Source: an uncultured Thermoleophilia bacterium (GTDB taxonomy: Bacteria > Actinomycetota > Thermoleophilia > UBA2241). Taken from it: a stretch of 64,000 nt of DNA. The DNA is taken from assembly GCA_963790185.1 (NCBI GenBank), contig CAWBNR010000007.1, forward strand, positions 105,698 to 169,697, read 5' to 3'. Made by a program: the position numbers and the translations under genes. A model generated the notes under the pieces. The model had not been told where the DNA came from and ran no database searches. It saw only the letters and a program-made list of their open reading frames with translations. Positions 40,985 to 53,652 of this stretch are shown here, one piece after another; the first letter of the stretch is position 1, and each line of letters starts with the position of its first letter.

Positions 40985-43922
40985 TCAGAGCGGCAGACGC
41001 TCAGGCTGCCGTCGCCCGGGAGTCCCGTCACCCTCTCTCGGGCCGAACCAGCGGTCGAGCAGGCCGGCGCGCCAGACCCAGCGCACGAGCAGCAGCCAGC
41101 CGACGGCGCTCGCGACGAGCACGGCGTACTGGTGGAGCGGCAGCGGCGTGATCTCGAAGAGCGTGCGGCCCGCGCCGGTCGCGACACCGAGGCCGAGCAC
41201 CACGAAGAGCGCGCCGGTGAGCGCCGCGAAGCGCCAGTCGCGGCGCAGCGGTGCGCCACCGACCCACCATTCGCTGGGCGGCGCCAGAAGGGGCACGACG
41301 AGGATGCCGCAAAGCGTCGCGAAGATGACGGTCGCCGTCTGCGCCGGCGGCAGGGCATGGACCAGCAGGTCGGCCTCGGTCGCACCGGCGTGCGAGCGAA
41401 TGTAGAGCCGCTCGTAGGCGGAGGCCCAGATGAAGTAGACGGCGAGCGTCATGAGCCACTGGAGCGCGGCCGCGGGCAGCACGAAGCGCGCCAGCCGGCG
41501 GAAGAGACTGGTCTTGGGGACGGGGCCGGGCTGCGCCCAGGTGGCGAAGGCGACGGCCGGGATGCCCGCCGCGATGAAGCTCAGCATCGACGCCTGACGC
41601 GGCGTGAACGGGAAACCGCCGGCGGCCGTGACGACGCCGATCACGGCCGCCTTCGAGAAGATCCTGACCATGAACATCCGCAGGATGTCGTTCATCCCGT
41701 TGAGGATGCGCTGTCCCTCCCTGAAGGCGTACGGCAGCGCTTCGAAGGAGTCGTCGAGCAGCACGAGATCGGCGACGCCGCGCGCCGCCTGGGAGCCGCC
41801 GTTCATGGCGATGCTCACGTTGGCCTGCTTGAGGGCGATGACGTCGTTCACGCCGTCACCGATCATCGCCACGTGTCGGCCGCGCCGGCGCAGCGCCTGA
41901 AGAAGGCCCTGCTTCTGCTCGGGTGTGACGCGGCCGAAGATGCGCGTGCGCGTCGCGGCCGCGTCGAAGTCGTCGCCCTCCAGGGCCGCGAGGTCGGCGC
42001 CTGAGAGAGTCGCAAACCCCATGTCGTCGCCGGCCTCGCCTTCGGGTACGACCCGGATGCGCTCCGGCTCGGCATCGGCCGGCTCTCCGAGTGCGATGCC
42101 GGCCTGCAGCGCCAGCGCCGCGACGGTCCGCGGGTCGTCGCCGGAGATGATCTTCACCTCGATGCCCGCTTGTCCGAACTCGTCGAGCGTCGCCTGCACG
42201 TGCGGGCGCAGTTCGTCGCTCAGACTGATCAGAGCGAGGGGGCGCAGCGTGCGCGGCAGCTCGGGCTCGTCGCCGAAGCTCGCGGGCACGGGTGACGCGG
42301 CGAAGAGGAGCACACGGTGGCCGGCGGCGGTGAGACGCGCGGCGTGCTCGCGCCAGTGCACGCTGCGCGCCTCACCGCCGCCGCTCGCGCCTGACCCGAC
42401 GAAGGCCTCATCGCCGAAGAGCGCGGGCTGCACGGGCCCGGTCTCCTCGGCGCCCGCTTCCGCCGCGCCGGCATCCGGCCGACCCTCGTCGTCTTCCGGC
42501 CAGCCCTCGCCTCCCTCAGGCTGGGGATCGGTGTCGGCGCCGCCTTCGTGCCGCCAGGGCCGCCAGTCCCAGTGCGAGGGCTCCTGCCAGGCCGGCACGG
42601 CCGCGGGGTCGCCGACCTCGGCGGCCGTCTCGCCGGCCTGCTCGTCGCCCTCGGGCGGCGCCGCCGCGAAGCCGACGCTGTCGGGTAGGGCGGCGCCGAC
42701 GACATCCGGTGCGCCGAGCACGTACGTGCCACGCAGACTGCCCTCCGCGAAGGCGAGGCCGCTCCACTTGCGGCGCGAGGAGAAGAGAGCTTCACTCGAG
42801 GGTCGCCGCCGGATGCCGTGGTAGGCCCCGCCGAGCGCCTCGATCGTCCGGTTCGTGTCGGTCGTGGTGGCCGCGTAGTCTCCAAGCAACGTCTCCAGGT
42901 CCTCGTCGCCGCCATCGAGCTTCACGACCTCGTGCAGGCGGATGACGTTGGACGTGAGGGTGCCCGTCTTGTCGGTGCAGAGCACGTCGACGTTGGACAG
43001 CGACTCGATCGCGTTGGCCTGCTGGATCAGCATGCCCTTGCCCAGCATGCGGACGGCTCCGAGGGCGTAGGCGAGGGCGATCGACAGGACGAGGCCGTTG
43101 GGGATCAGGGCGACGACCACCGTGGACATGCGCACGCCCTCGACGAAGGGCAAGTGGATGGCGATGTTGCGGCTCCACACGAGGATGTTGAAGACGACCA
43201 CTACGATCAGCAGTGTGCGGATGATCGTGTAGACCTCGCGCTGCAGGGGCGTGAGCTCGCGGCGGTAGCTCGTGGCCTTGGCGGTGAGCTTGTTGGCGAA
43301 GCTGTCGAGGCCGACCTTCTCGGCCACGTAGTAGCCGCCACCGGTCGCGCAGAAGCTGCCCGAGAGCAGCTCGTCGCCCGCGACGCTTGCCGACGAGGTC
43401 GGACTCGCCGGTGAGCAGCGACTCGTCGACCTCCATGCGGCCTTCGCCGCGGACACGCCCGTCGACCACGACCTGGTCGCCGGGGTGCAGGCGGAGCAGG
43501 TCGCCGACGACGATCTCGGACGGGTCGACGGCGCGCTCGACGCCGTCGCGCACGACCGTCGCCTTGGGCCGCGTCAGGATCGCGATGCGGTCGATGGTGC
43601 GCTTGGCGCGGACCTCCTGGGCGAGGCTGACGACGGTGTTCGCCATGATCACGAAGACGGCGACGAAGGCGTCGAGATAGCGCCCCAGCACGATGAGCAG
43701 CACGCCGAGGCTGAAGAAGAGGTTGTTGATGAAGTTGAAGACGTTGTCGCGGACGATCTGGCGGTAGGTGCGCCCGGCGTGTACCTGGACGTCGTTGCCC
43801 TGACCGGCGGCGCGGCGGCGTGCGGCTTCGGCGTCGCTCAGGCCGCGCGTCGCCGCGCCGCCGGGCGTCGCGCCGACGCTCGCCGTGACTGGGTGCTCCA
43901 CGTTGGGGGGACGTGTGCTCAC
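40985..43922 (-). CDS. Cation-translocating P-type ATPase (CtpE-like; frameshift near 43390)
   Basis: GLS..EA, DESLLTGES, IPNGL, DKTGTLT, ISGD, GRVTPEQK, MIGDGVND. Confidence 0.92.
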
Positions 43923-44044
43923 GAGACCGCTCCGCTCTGGCCGGGGACGGTCCTCAGGATACCCGAGCGCGCCGATGCGAGCAGCCGGCCACCCCGCTTG
44001 CCCGTCTGTCCCGGGCCTCTTCGGCGGAGTGGACGCGGGGGCGA

Positions 44045-44073
44045 TTGACATCACCGCGCCGGGCCGGTTTACT
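44045..44073 (+). promoter_or_regulatory. Sigma70-type promoter
   Basis: TTGACA, 17 bp spacer, TTTACT upstream of the FAD oxidoreductase gene. Confidence 0.55.
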
Positions 44074-44140
44074 GCGAGATGAGGCGCCGCGCCGCGTCGC
44101 CTTTGCCAGTCGCTCCAACGCAGACGATGAGGAGACCACG

Positions 44141-46897
44141 GTGCGTTCCGTGACTGAGCACAGCTGCGGCCGTGCCGGCGGCTGCATGACCGCGCCGGCG
44201 GGTACGTCTCCCCCGACAGCACAGGTCCCTCCGCCGCACCCCCGCGCTCCTCCTTCCCGAGCGGCGCCGACCCGCGTCCGCGACCGGCGATCGCCGACCT
44301 GCACGCGTTCCTCGACGAAGGGCTGACGCCCGCCGCCGCGCGCCGTCCGGTCGCGAGCCGCGATCTCGCCGCTGTCTCTCGAGGCTGCCGTCGCGGCCGC
44401 TTCATGGCATGGCGCGCCGGCGCTCGCCTCGCTCCCGCGACCGCCTCGTCACCGACGACGTCGCTGCGCGCGCGAGGCCGACCGCGACCAGAACGTCTAC
44501 CTCGGGGCCGCTGTTCACGCGCTTCCTCAGCAACGCGCCTGCCCGACGTCGTGTTCCTGCCGGCCGACGGTCGCCGGAGGTCGAGGCGGCGCTCGCCTGG
44601 GCGCGCGAGACGTGCGACGCCGGTCACCGTGCGCGGCGCCGCCTCGACGGCGCTCGGCGGCTGCGGTGCCGTGCGACGGCGGCCTCACGCTCGACCTCTC
44701 GCGCCTCGACCACGTCGACGTGGACGCCGGCCGACGACGTCTGCGTCGTGGGCGCCGGTGCGCGCATGCGCGCGATCCACCGGCGCCTCGCCGAGCACGA
44801 CCTCGCGCTGCCCGTGTACTCGTCCAACCTCGGCGGCACCTTCGCCGGCTGGTTCGTCACCGGCGGCGTCGGGGCTCAACGCCTTCGGCCGCCGGCGCGC
44901 CGCTCGACATCGTGCGCGCCGCCGACGTGGTGCTGCCCGTCGGCGAGCTCGTGCGCTTCCACGCCGACGGCCGCCTCGACGTGCCCGGCCGACGGCGCGC
45001 GCGCGCGGGCATCGCGAGGTCGCCGCCGACGAGGCCGAGGCGTGGTTCCGCGGCCGCGGCCTGCGAGCCCTTCGGCCTCGCCGACCTGGCCGGCAGCGAG
45101 GGCACTCCTCGGCGTCGTCGTGCAGCTCGTGCTGCAGCGTCGGCCGGCGCCCCAACATCGGCGCCTTCCTGCTCGAGTTCCGCCACGCGCCGGACGCCTT
45201 CGCGGCCGCCGAGCGCATCATCGCCGAGGCCGGCCGCACGCTGCCGCGCCCGGCCAACCTCAAGCTCGTGCTCGGCTCGCACCTGCGCCACGCTGCGCAC
45301 GTCTGGGCCGACGAGGACGCGCGCGCCTGGCGCCGCCTGCCCTCCGGCGCTCTCCGCCGGCGCGAGGCATGCCGTGGGCGCGCCATCGACGGCCCGCGCG
45401 GAGCTGCGCACGCCGCCCGAGTCGCGCTCGGCCGACGCGGCGCCTCGAGCCGGCGACGCCGGCAGCCGCCTACCTGTACGTCGACTTCCTCGGCATCGCG
45501 CGCGGCGCGCGCCTTCGCCGCGCGCCTCGCCGAGCCTGCCGGGCGCGGCCGCTGCGCGCTCGCCGACGAGAGCGTGCGCTTCGCCGCCGAGCGCTTCCGG
45601 CCGCAGCAGAACAAGCGCTTCGGGCCCGGCCTGCTGGCGGCCGAGATCGTGCTGCCGGCGCGGCGCGTGCTCGCCGTACCTGCGCAGCGCCTACCGCCTC
45701 GCGCGCCGCGCCGGCGTCGAGCTCGACCCCGAGGTCTACTACCTCGCCGACGGCGAGGCGCTCGTCATCGCCGGCTACCTCACCGACCACCGCGCGGCCG
45801 GCCTTCGACCTCGACCTCGTGCTGTCGCCGGCGCTGCTCGACCTCGCCGTGCAGCGCTTCGGCGGCCGGCCCTACGTGCTCGGCCGCTGGCAGGCGTCGT
45901 TCGCCGTCGACCGCTTCGGCGCCGGCGGGCTCGCAGCGCCTGCGCGGCGCTCAAGCGCGGCCTCGACCCGCAGGACCTGCGTCAACCGCGGCGTCGTGCT
46001 CGGCATGGGCCTGCGCGGGCCGCTCGGCGCGCTCGTCGAGCGCGTCTACCGGCCCGGCGTGTCGTCTCGCGCGCCGCCTGTGGAGCACGCCCGGCCTGCG
46101 CCGCGTCGGGCGCGCGTCGCGCGCGCGCGTGCTGGCGCGCGCTGCCCGGGCCCGCGCGAGGGGCGCGGCGAGGCGGCCGGCGACGGCCGCCGCCGCCGCG
46201 CCGGCCGCGCGCGCCATCCACTGCGTCAACTGCGGCGAGTGCAACAGCGTCTGCCCGGTCTACGACGCGTCCGGCGATCGCGCCTGCCGCAGACGCTCGT
46301 CCACCACGGCGAGCTCGCTGCACGCCGGCGCGCGCGCCGCGCGGCAGCGTCGCCGGCGCTGCTCGACCTGTGCATGCGCTGCGGCAACTGCGAGGAGGTC
46401 TGCCAGGCCGGCATCCCGCACCTCGACGTGTACGCCGCTGATGGCGGCGCGCGGCCGACGACGGCCGCGCCGCTACGAGCACGCGCGGCACGCCGCTGCG
46501 CGCTGGCCTCGGTGCGCGGCGCCGCCGCGCTACCGCGACGCGCTTCCTCGACGTGCGCCCGGGCATGTACCTGCGCCGCGCGCCGGCCGCGCTCCCGGCG
46601 CCGTGCGCTTCCGCGTGCTGCGCGCCGAGAACGACGCCGGGCCGGCGGCCACCTGCCTGCACTGCGCCGCCTGCGTGCCGGTCGTGCCCCACCGAGCGCC
46701 AACCGCGAGTTCGAGCGACGCCGACGCGCGCCTCGTCACCACCGACGAGTACAGCTGCATCGGCTGCGGCGCCTGCGTCGAGGTCTGCCCGGCCAACCGC
46801 AACAACGGCGGCCAGACGCTGCGCGTCGTCGAGGCGCCGACGGCCGCCGGCGCTGGCGGCGCTCGCCGAGTTCGAAAGGCTGGCGGCGGCCCGGTGA
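44141..46897 (+). CDS. FAD-binding (GlcD/VAO-type) oxidoreductase with four ferredoxin-type [4Fe-4S] motifs (heavily frameshifted)
   Basis: PDVVFLP, VT.RGAASTALG, LDLSRL, GGTFAGW..TGG, GSEG.LG, KR.LDP...NRG; CVNCGECNSVCP, CMRCGNCEEVC, CLHCAACVPV, CIGCGACVEVCP. Confidence 0.75.
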
Positions 46898-49800
46898 CGA
46901 CGGCTGAGCAACGAGCTCGCGGCGATGGCCGCGCGGCGCGGCGCCGAGCCGCGGCGGCCGCGCCGCCCGGCGACGGCCGCCTCGCCGCAGTGGGAGGACC
47001 TGCTCGCCTACATCGTCGATCCGCGCAGCTCGCCGCTCGTGCGCGACCCGCGAGCGCACGCGCCGCGCTGCTCGCGCACCTGCTCGCGCCGCGCCGGCCT
47101 CGACGAGGACGAGTTCTGGGCCCTCGACCGCGCGCGCCGCAGCCAGCTCTTCCTCGAGCGCCTTCGCGCGGCGCCTCGCGCGCCGTCCCCGCGCTCGAGC
47201 TCACCGCCTTCGACATCGACAAGCTGCTCAAGGAGCGCTTCCGCCGCGAGCCGCTCACGCGTCGGCGCCGCCTGGCACCACGGCTACTGGCGCTCGCTAC
47301 TTCAGCCACGCCGCCATCACGCACCCCGCCAACGACGGCCTGCGCGAGGAGTTCAGCACCGCCTGGGACATCGTGCGCAAGCAGCCCGGCGGTGCGTCTT
47401 CCGCGACGGGCGGCGGGCGGCGCGCTCGAGGAGCTGCGCGCCGCTGCGTCTCGACATGCCGCTCATCGTCGGGCCGCTGCCCTTCGGCGCCGGCGCCGGC
47501 CTCGAGCTCGCCTACCTCGAGGCGATCGCTCGGCGCCGACCCGGCGCACGACATCCGCACGCGCATCGCTGGTCGTGATCGAGGCCGACACGGCCGCTGC
47601 GCACGCCGCGCGAGCTGCTGCCGCACGCCGCGCGACCTCGTGGTGCGGCTCGCGCCGCGGCACGCCGTGCCGTCGCTGGCGGCGAGCGGCGCGGGCTCGC
47701 GCGACGCTCGTGGCGCGCCGGCGCGCATCGCTCGAGCTCGTCCGCGCCGCGCGCATCGTCGAGCTCGATCCGTGGAGCGGCGCGGCGAGCGGCGGCGACG
47801 CCGAGCGCCGGCCTCGCAGCACGCTCGCCGCCGGCCGCTGCCGCGCCGTGAACCCGCGATCTGCCTGCTGCTCGGCGTGCTACCTCGCGCTGCGACGGCG
47901 ACGCCTTCTGGGCGCGCCTCGAGGAGGCGGCGCGCCACGACGGCGTCGCCCTCGTCCACTACCACGCCGGCGCGCTGCAAGTCGTACCGTCTGACGCCGC
48001 GCGGTCGACGCCTTCCTCAAGCAGACGCCTGCTGCGCGCCCGCGTGCAGCTCGTCTCGCGCCGGCGGCGACACCGACACGCAGGCCTCGGCGGCGACGCG
48101 TCTACGAGGCGCGTGCTGCTGGGCGCCAACGGCGGCGCCATGACGCACGCCGCCGCCATCGCGCTCGTCCCCGAGGTCGTCGACGTGCTGCGCCGGCGCC
48201 GACGCGCCGCTCGCGTGCCGAGGCGCTCGCCGCCGCGCGAGCCGCCGCGACGCTTCGCGAGATGGCGCTGCTGCACGCTGACCTGCTGGCAGCACAGCAT
48301 CCTCGACTTCCTCAGCTGCATGGGCATCGACGACGTGCAGAAGACCTCGGGCAACACGATGGCGATCACCATGACCGAGGACTGGGTGCGCGAGGTCGAC
48401 GCCCTGGCGACCGCCGAGTTCGGCCGCGCTCAACGCCGCGCAGAACGCGGCGCGCGTGGCGGCCGAGCCGGTGCCGCGCGGGCGTGCGGCGAGCGCTACC
48501 GCGTCTCGGCGCTGCTCGCGCGAGCGCGCAGCCCGGACCTGCCGCTGGTGCAACGCCGCCCGCGTGCTCGCCCAGCGCGACGCCAGCTACCACCTCGAGC
48601 AACTCGAGCCGCGCGCTCAACGCCGACTTCCTCGAGGTCATCTACCGCATGGCGGCCGGCGAGCTGCCCGAGCGTCGACGACTTCTTCGTCGGCCGGCGA
48701 CCAGGGCGCCGTACTCGCTCGACCGCGTCGGGCTGCAGGCTCTCGCGCGAGTCGGTCGCCTGGTCGCTCGAGCGCCTGCGGCGCGACCCGGCGCTGCTCG
48801 ACTACATCTCAGCTGGCCGTGCCGCGCGGCTTCACGCGGCCGGGCGCGGTGCCGCCGGGCGCCACGCGTCACGCGTGCACGCGGCGCCGGCGCGCCCGGC
48901 GCTGGTCGCGCGTCGCAGGCCGACGAGCGCGGCGGCTTCGAGCGCGCGCTCGGCGCCGGCCACCCGCTGGAGGCGCGCTCGAAGGCGTCCGACGCCGCCG
49001 TCGAGCCGGCGCCGCTCTGGCTGCGGGCCGTCGCCGCCGGACGGCGCCGAGACGCTCATCGAGCTGACCGCCGTCGGGCACGGCGCGCACGGCGCCAGCG
49101 TGCTGCGCGCCTCCGCCGACGGCGCCGTCGTCCTGCAGGCGCGACCCGCGCGGCGGCCTCGCGCTGAGCGGCTTCGGCCGTGCGCGAGCCCATCTGGCAC
49201 GGGCCCGTCTCGCCACGCCTCCACCTCGCTCGGCGCCGCCAGCGAGGACTTCCTGACGGCGCGCATCGAGGGCAACGCCGGCATCGCCATGACGTCGTCG
49301 CGGCGAGGGCGGCCCGATCCGGCTCTCGCTCGCCGCGACGACATGAAGTGGGAGAGCCTCCAGGCGGCCAGCGGCCACTTCGGCATCACCGGCGCCGACC
49401 TGCGCCGGGTGCGCGACGTCGAGATCAAGATCAACCAGGGCGCCAAGCCCGGCAAGGGCGGCCGCCTCTCCGGCGCCAAGGTCACGCCGACGGTCAGCAA
49501 GGCGCGCAACATCCCCGTGGGCACCGACGCGCTGAGCCCCGACCCCAAGCACGACATCTACTCGATCGAGGACATGCCGGCCGAGGTCTGGCTGTGGCTG
49601 CTCTACCACAACCACTGCGGCATCAAGATCACCGGCTCCAACTACACGCGCTTCGTGGCCGCCGGCATGTGGAGCAACTTCGTCGTCGACTACCTGCTCG
49701 TCGACGCCGGCATCGGCGGCTCGGGCAACTACCACGCCGACTCCGCGCACGTCGGGCTGGCCGGACATCTTCCGCACCATCCTGCACACCCACCACGCGC

Positions 49801-52800
49801 TCATGGGCGAGCAGGTCGACCTCGACGGCAGCGGCGAGCTGCGCACCATCCGCGACCTGCAACGGCGCGCCCTACGGCGCCGAGGGCGGCACCCGGCTGT
49901 TCGCCTCCGGCGGCCTGCGCGGCGAGCTCGACATGCTCAAGGTGCTGATCGCCGGCGCCGACGGCCTGCTCGAGGGCAGCATCGGCAAGGCGGTCGCCTT
50001 CGGCTGCACCCAGTGCGGCAACTGCCACCTCGACTGCCCGCGCGGCGGCATCACGACCAAGCCGGAGCTGATGGTGCAGAACGACCGCGAGCTCATGCGC
50101 CGCGCGCTTCCGCAACTGGACGCGTGCTCAACATGGTCAAGCTGGCCGTGCTGATCGACGCGCTCAACCGCGAGAGCGGGGCGCTCGCCGAGGACGGCGC
50201 GGTGGCCGACGCCGCGCGAGCTGCTCGACGACATCCGCCTGCTGCGCGGCCGCACCGACCTGCTCGAGATGCCGGTGGCTGGGACGGAGGGCGCGACGTC
50301 CCGACGGCTCGCGGATCGGCGGCCGGCGCGGTCACGGGACCGCCGGTCGCGGCTGACCGCCGGACCGCCGCAGGCCGAGCACGACTCCTGCCGCGTCGGC
50401 TCGCTGGCCGTCAGCGAGCCGGTCGACCGTCGACGCCATCTGGGAGGCGGCGCGGCTCTCGCTACAACGGCGGCAACAACCGCGGCGGCGGCATCGACTT
50501 CGCCGGCTTCGCGCCGCCGCCGGTGCGCGAGCGGACCTGCCTCGTGTTCAACACGCATCGGCCCCGACCGCGCGCGAGACGATGCGCGAGATGCTCGGCC
50601 ACCTGGGCGGCTGCCGGTTCTTCGGCGCCGACGGCGCCGAGCTGCCGGCAGCCGACGTCGCTCGCGCGCGCTCGACGACTTCCGTCTGCCGGTGCGCGAC
50701 CGCTACGCCGGGCCAGAGGGCTGGCGGCTCGCCGACCTGCGCGAGGACCCGGGCGACTTCCACCTGCTTCTTCGTCGACCTGCGAGCCCGGCGTGCTGGC
50801 GCGCTACGGGCGCCGCCTGCTGGCCAGCGAGCGCTGGCTGCAGCGGCGCACCAAGTACGGCGACCTGGCCGACGGCGCAGCTCGCGGCGGCGCTCGACGC
50901 CGTGGAGGCCGGGCGAGGCTGCGGCGCCGGCGCCGGCACGGCCGCACGCCGCGCTCGCCGCCTTCGTCGCCGACGTGCGCGAGGAGTACTTCACCGTGCT
51001 CGCGCACCTCATCGACTCGCGCTACTACCGCACGCACGGCGAGCCCGGGCGCGCCGCGCCGGGCAAGTACTCGGCCAAGCGCCGCGGCTACGTGGTCTCG
51101 ATGGGCCAGGACCTGGCGGCCGTCAAGATCAGCGGCTGGACGCACACGATCCCCGAGTACTTCGACTTCGGCCGCTTCTGGGCCGGCGTATCCCGGGCGC
51201 CGAGCGGCGGCGTGGCGGTGACCGCGCGGCCGACCTTCGGACGCCGGCTCTCCACGCCCACGTCTGGGGCATGCACCATCGCTACCCGACGAACTCGCCG
51301 GCGATCGACGCCGAGGGCCGCGGCAACCCGGCCGGCGCGCACCCGTTCAAGGCCTACAACGTCCTGCTCATGCACAACGGCGAGCAGGTCGGGGTCGACT
51401 CCACGTCGCCGTTCCTGCGCGAGTACGGCTACGTGCACGCCGACCCGTCGATGGGCGAGGGCTGCGAGCGACTACGAGGGCGACTCCATCTACGACCGCA
51501 AGGCGCTCACCGACACCGAGTACGCCGCCTACCTGGTCGACTTCACGCGCCGCGTGCTGGGCCTGAGCACCGAGGAGGCGTCGCAGGTCGATCTCGCCGA
51601 TCACCGGGCTCGACCTGGCGGCGATGGACGACGGAGCGGCGCCGGCTGCTTCGAGCTGCTCTCGCTCAACTACATGCAGCTCACGCCGACCGGCCCGTAC
51701 AAGTTCACGATCGTCGAGTCGCGGCCGCCGGACGGCCGGCGGCGAGACCGCAGCGCCGGCGCCGCCGGGCCGCCGGCTCCGGCGCCCGCCGCGTCGGCTT
51801 CCGCGAGAACATGGACATCAAGTTCCTGCGCCCGCACGAGCTCGTCGTCAGCGTCGACACCGGCGCCCGGCGGCGTGCAGGCGGTGGCCAACGGCAGCGA
51901 GGCCAAGATCGCCGACGCGATGCTGCGCGTGCTGCACCACCAGGGCGTGCTCAAGGACGCCGGCCACGACCTGCGCTTCAACATGCGCCCGGGCGGCAAC
52001 CCCGGGCGCGGCGAGTTCGGCGGCGTCGTGGAGGCGTTCCTGACGCCGCGGCGGCGGGGCGGCGTCGATCGCTGCGTCAACCGCTTCGGCGAGCCGGTGC
52101 GCGGTGCGAGCGCGCGGGCACGCAAGACCGACGCTGGCGGCGCCCGCTCGCCGCGATCGACGTCGCGCCGCGCGTGGCGCGACGACGTCGACGGCGGCGC
52201 TCGACGAGATGGCGGCGCGAGCTGCCGGCCGGCTCGTCGCGGCGCCGGCGAGCGGCCGCTTCCTCGGGCCCGGACGACGCGCTGCCCGGCCGCGGCCCGC
52301 CTCGTCGAGACGACGCTGGCGCGCCTCAGCGGATCTGCGCGGCGACGACTACCGCCATCTCGTCGAGGTCGCGCTGCCGGCCTTCGCGGCGCGCGGCGAC
52401 GCCGAGCGCGCCGTCGCGCTGCGCGTGCTCACCGAGCTGCGCAAGCGCGTCGCCTTCGCCGACCTCGGCGGCAAGGCGCTCTCGACCATCGAGTACCTCA
52501 CCGACGGCGGCCGCGCCGCCGACGGCGCGTCCCGAGGGCGGCGTCGTACCGGCTGCTCGACGCCGTGCCGCCGCTGGCCGAGGTGCTCGCCGAGCAGGCG
52601 GCCGAGGCGCGCGCCGCCGGCGCTCGCGCGCCGGCCGCCGGCCGCTACGGGCCGCCTGACCGCTCGCGACCCGCGACGACCTGCTGCCGCCGCACGGACG
52701 CCGCGCGCGACGTGCTCGTCGTCGACTTCGCGCGGCTTCGTGAGCGAGGCGTTCGGCCTCGACTGCGCCTCGCGCTTCGTCAGCGAGGCGGTCCGCCTCG

Positions 52801-53650
52801 GCTGGCGCAACCTCGTCGGCTACGGCTGCATCGGCGGGCCGCGCTACCTCGGCTGCAACCTGCCGGACGCCGACGGCGCCCCGGCCGCGCGGCGTCGTCA
52901 TCGAGCTCTACGGCCGCGAGGTCGGCGACTTCCTCGGCGCCCTGCTCGAGGGCGCCGAGCATCTGGCTCTACGGCCAGGGCCAGTGCCACGTCGGCATGA
53001 AGGCCGACTCGGGCTACCATCTTCGTGCTGCAGGACGCGCTCAACACCTGCTGCTACGCCGCGCACGGCGGCACCTTCAACGTCTGGGACTCGGGCTCGC
53101 GCTTCGCCGTCGCCGGCCAGAACAAGGTCGCTGCTCGACGACGGCGAGACGCCGGCGCAGGGCTTCAGGTCGATCCACTTCGGGACGCCCAACGAGTACG
53201 CCTTCGAGTACCTCATGTCGGGCGGCGACAACTCGCTGCACGTGGTGATGGGGCTCGCGAAGCCCGACGCGCGCGGCGAGCTGAGCCTGCGGCCGAAGCC
53301 CTACTTCGGCAAGTTCTTCATGAGCGGGCGCCGCCGCCGGGCGCGTGTTCGTCTTCGACCCGGAGCGCCGGCTCGACCCGGCGCAGTACCACGGCAACGT
53401 GGTCGAGGAGATCGAGCCCGACGAGTGGGCGCGACGCAGCTGGCGCCGTTCGTCGCCGCCGAGGCGGCGCTGCCGCGGCGCGCCGCTCCGCGTCGAGGGC
53501 GACGAGATCGTCGTGCGCCTCGAGGGCGAGTGGCGCCGCTGGCGCTACGACGAGGCCTTCGTGCAGCTCGTGCCGCAGAAGGTCGCGCGCAGCCTCGCCA
53601 AGCACGGCGTCACGCCGCCGCAGCTCACGCAGCTGGTGGACGAGCTGTGA
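46894..53650 (+). CDS. Glutamate-synthase-related multidomain protein: degenerate barrel, FMN/3Fe-4S barrel, Ntn amidotransferase, GXGXG domain (heavily frameshifted; may be more than one gene)
   Basis: QAASGHFG, EIKINQGAKPGKGG.L.G.KV, P.HDIYSIED, ASGGLR, GCTQCGNCH.DCP.G.TT; EHDSC, HHRYPTNS, AHPF, HNGE, TDTE, GPY; G.RYLG, GDFLGA, G.GQ..VG, NEYAFEYL.SGG. Confidence 0.75.
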
Positions 53651-53652
53651 GG

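Noticed and set aside
42360-42670. Intein in the P-type ATPase
   Set aside because: No Cys/Ser start, His-Asn end or endonuclease motifs; low-complexity sequence.
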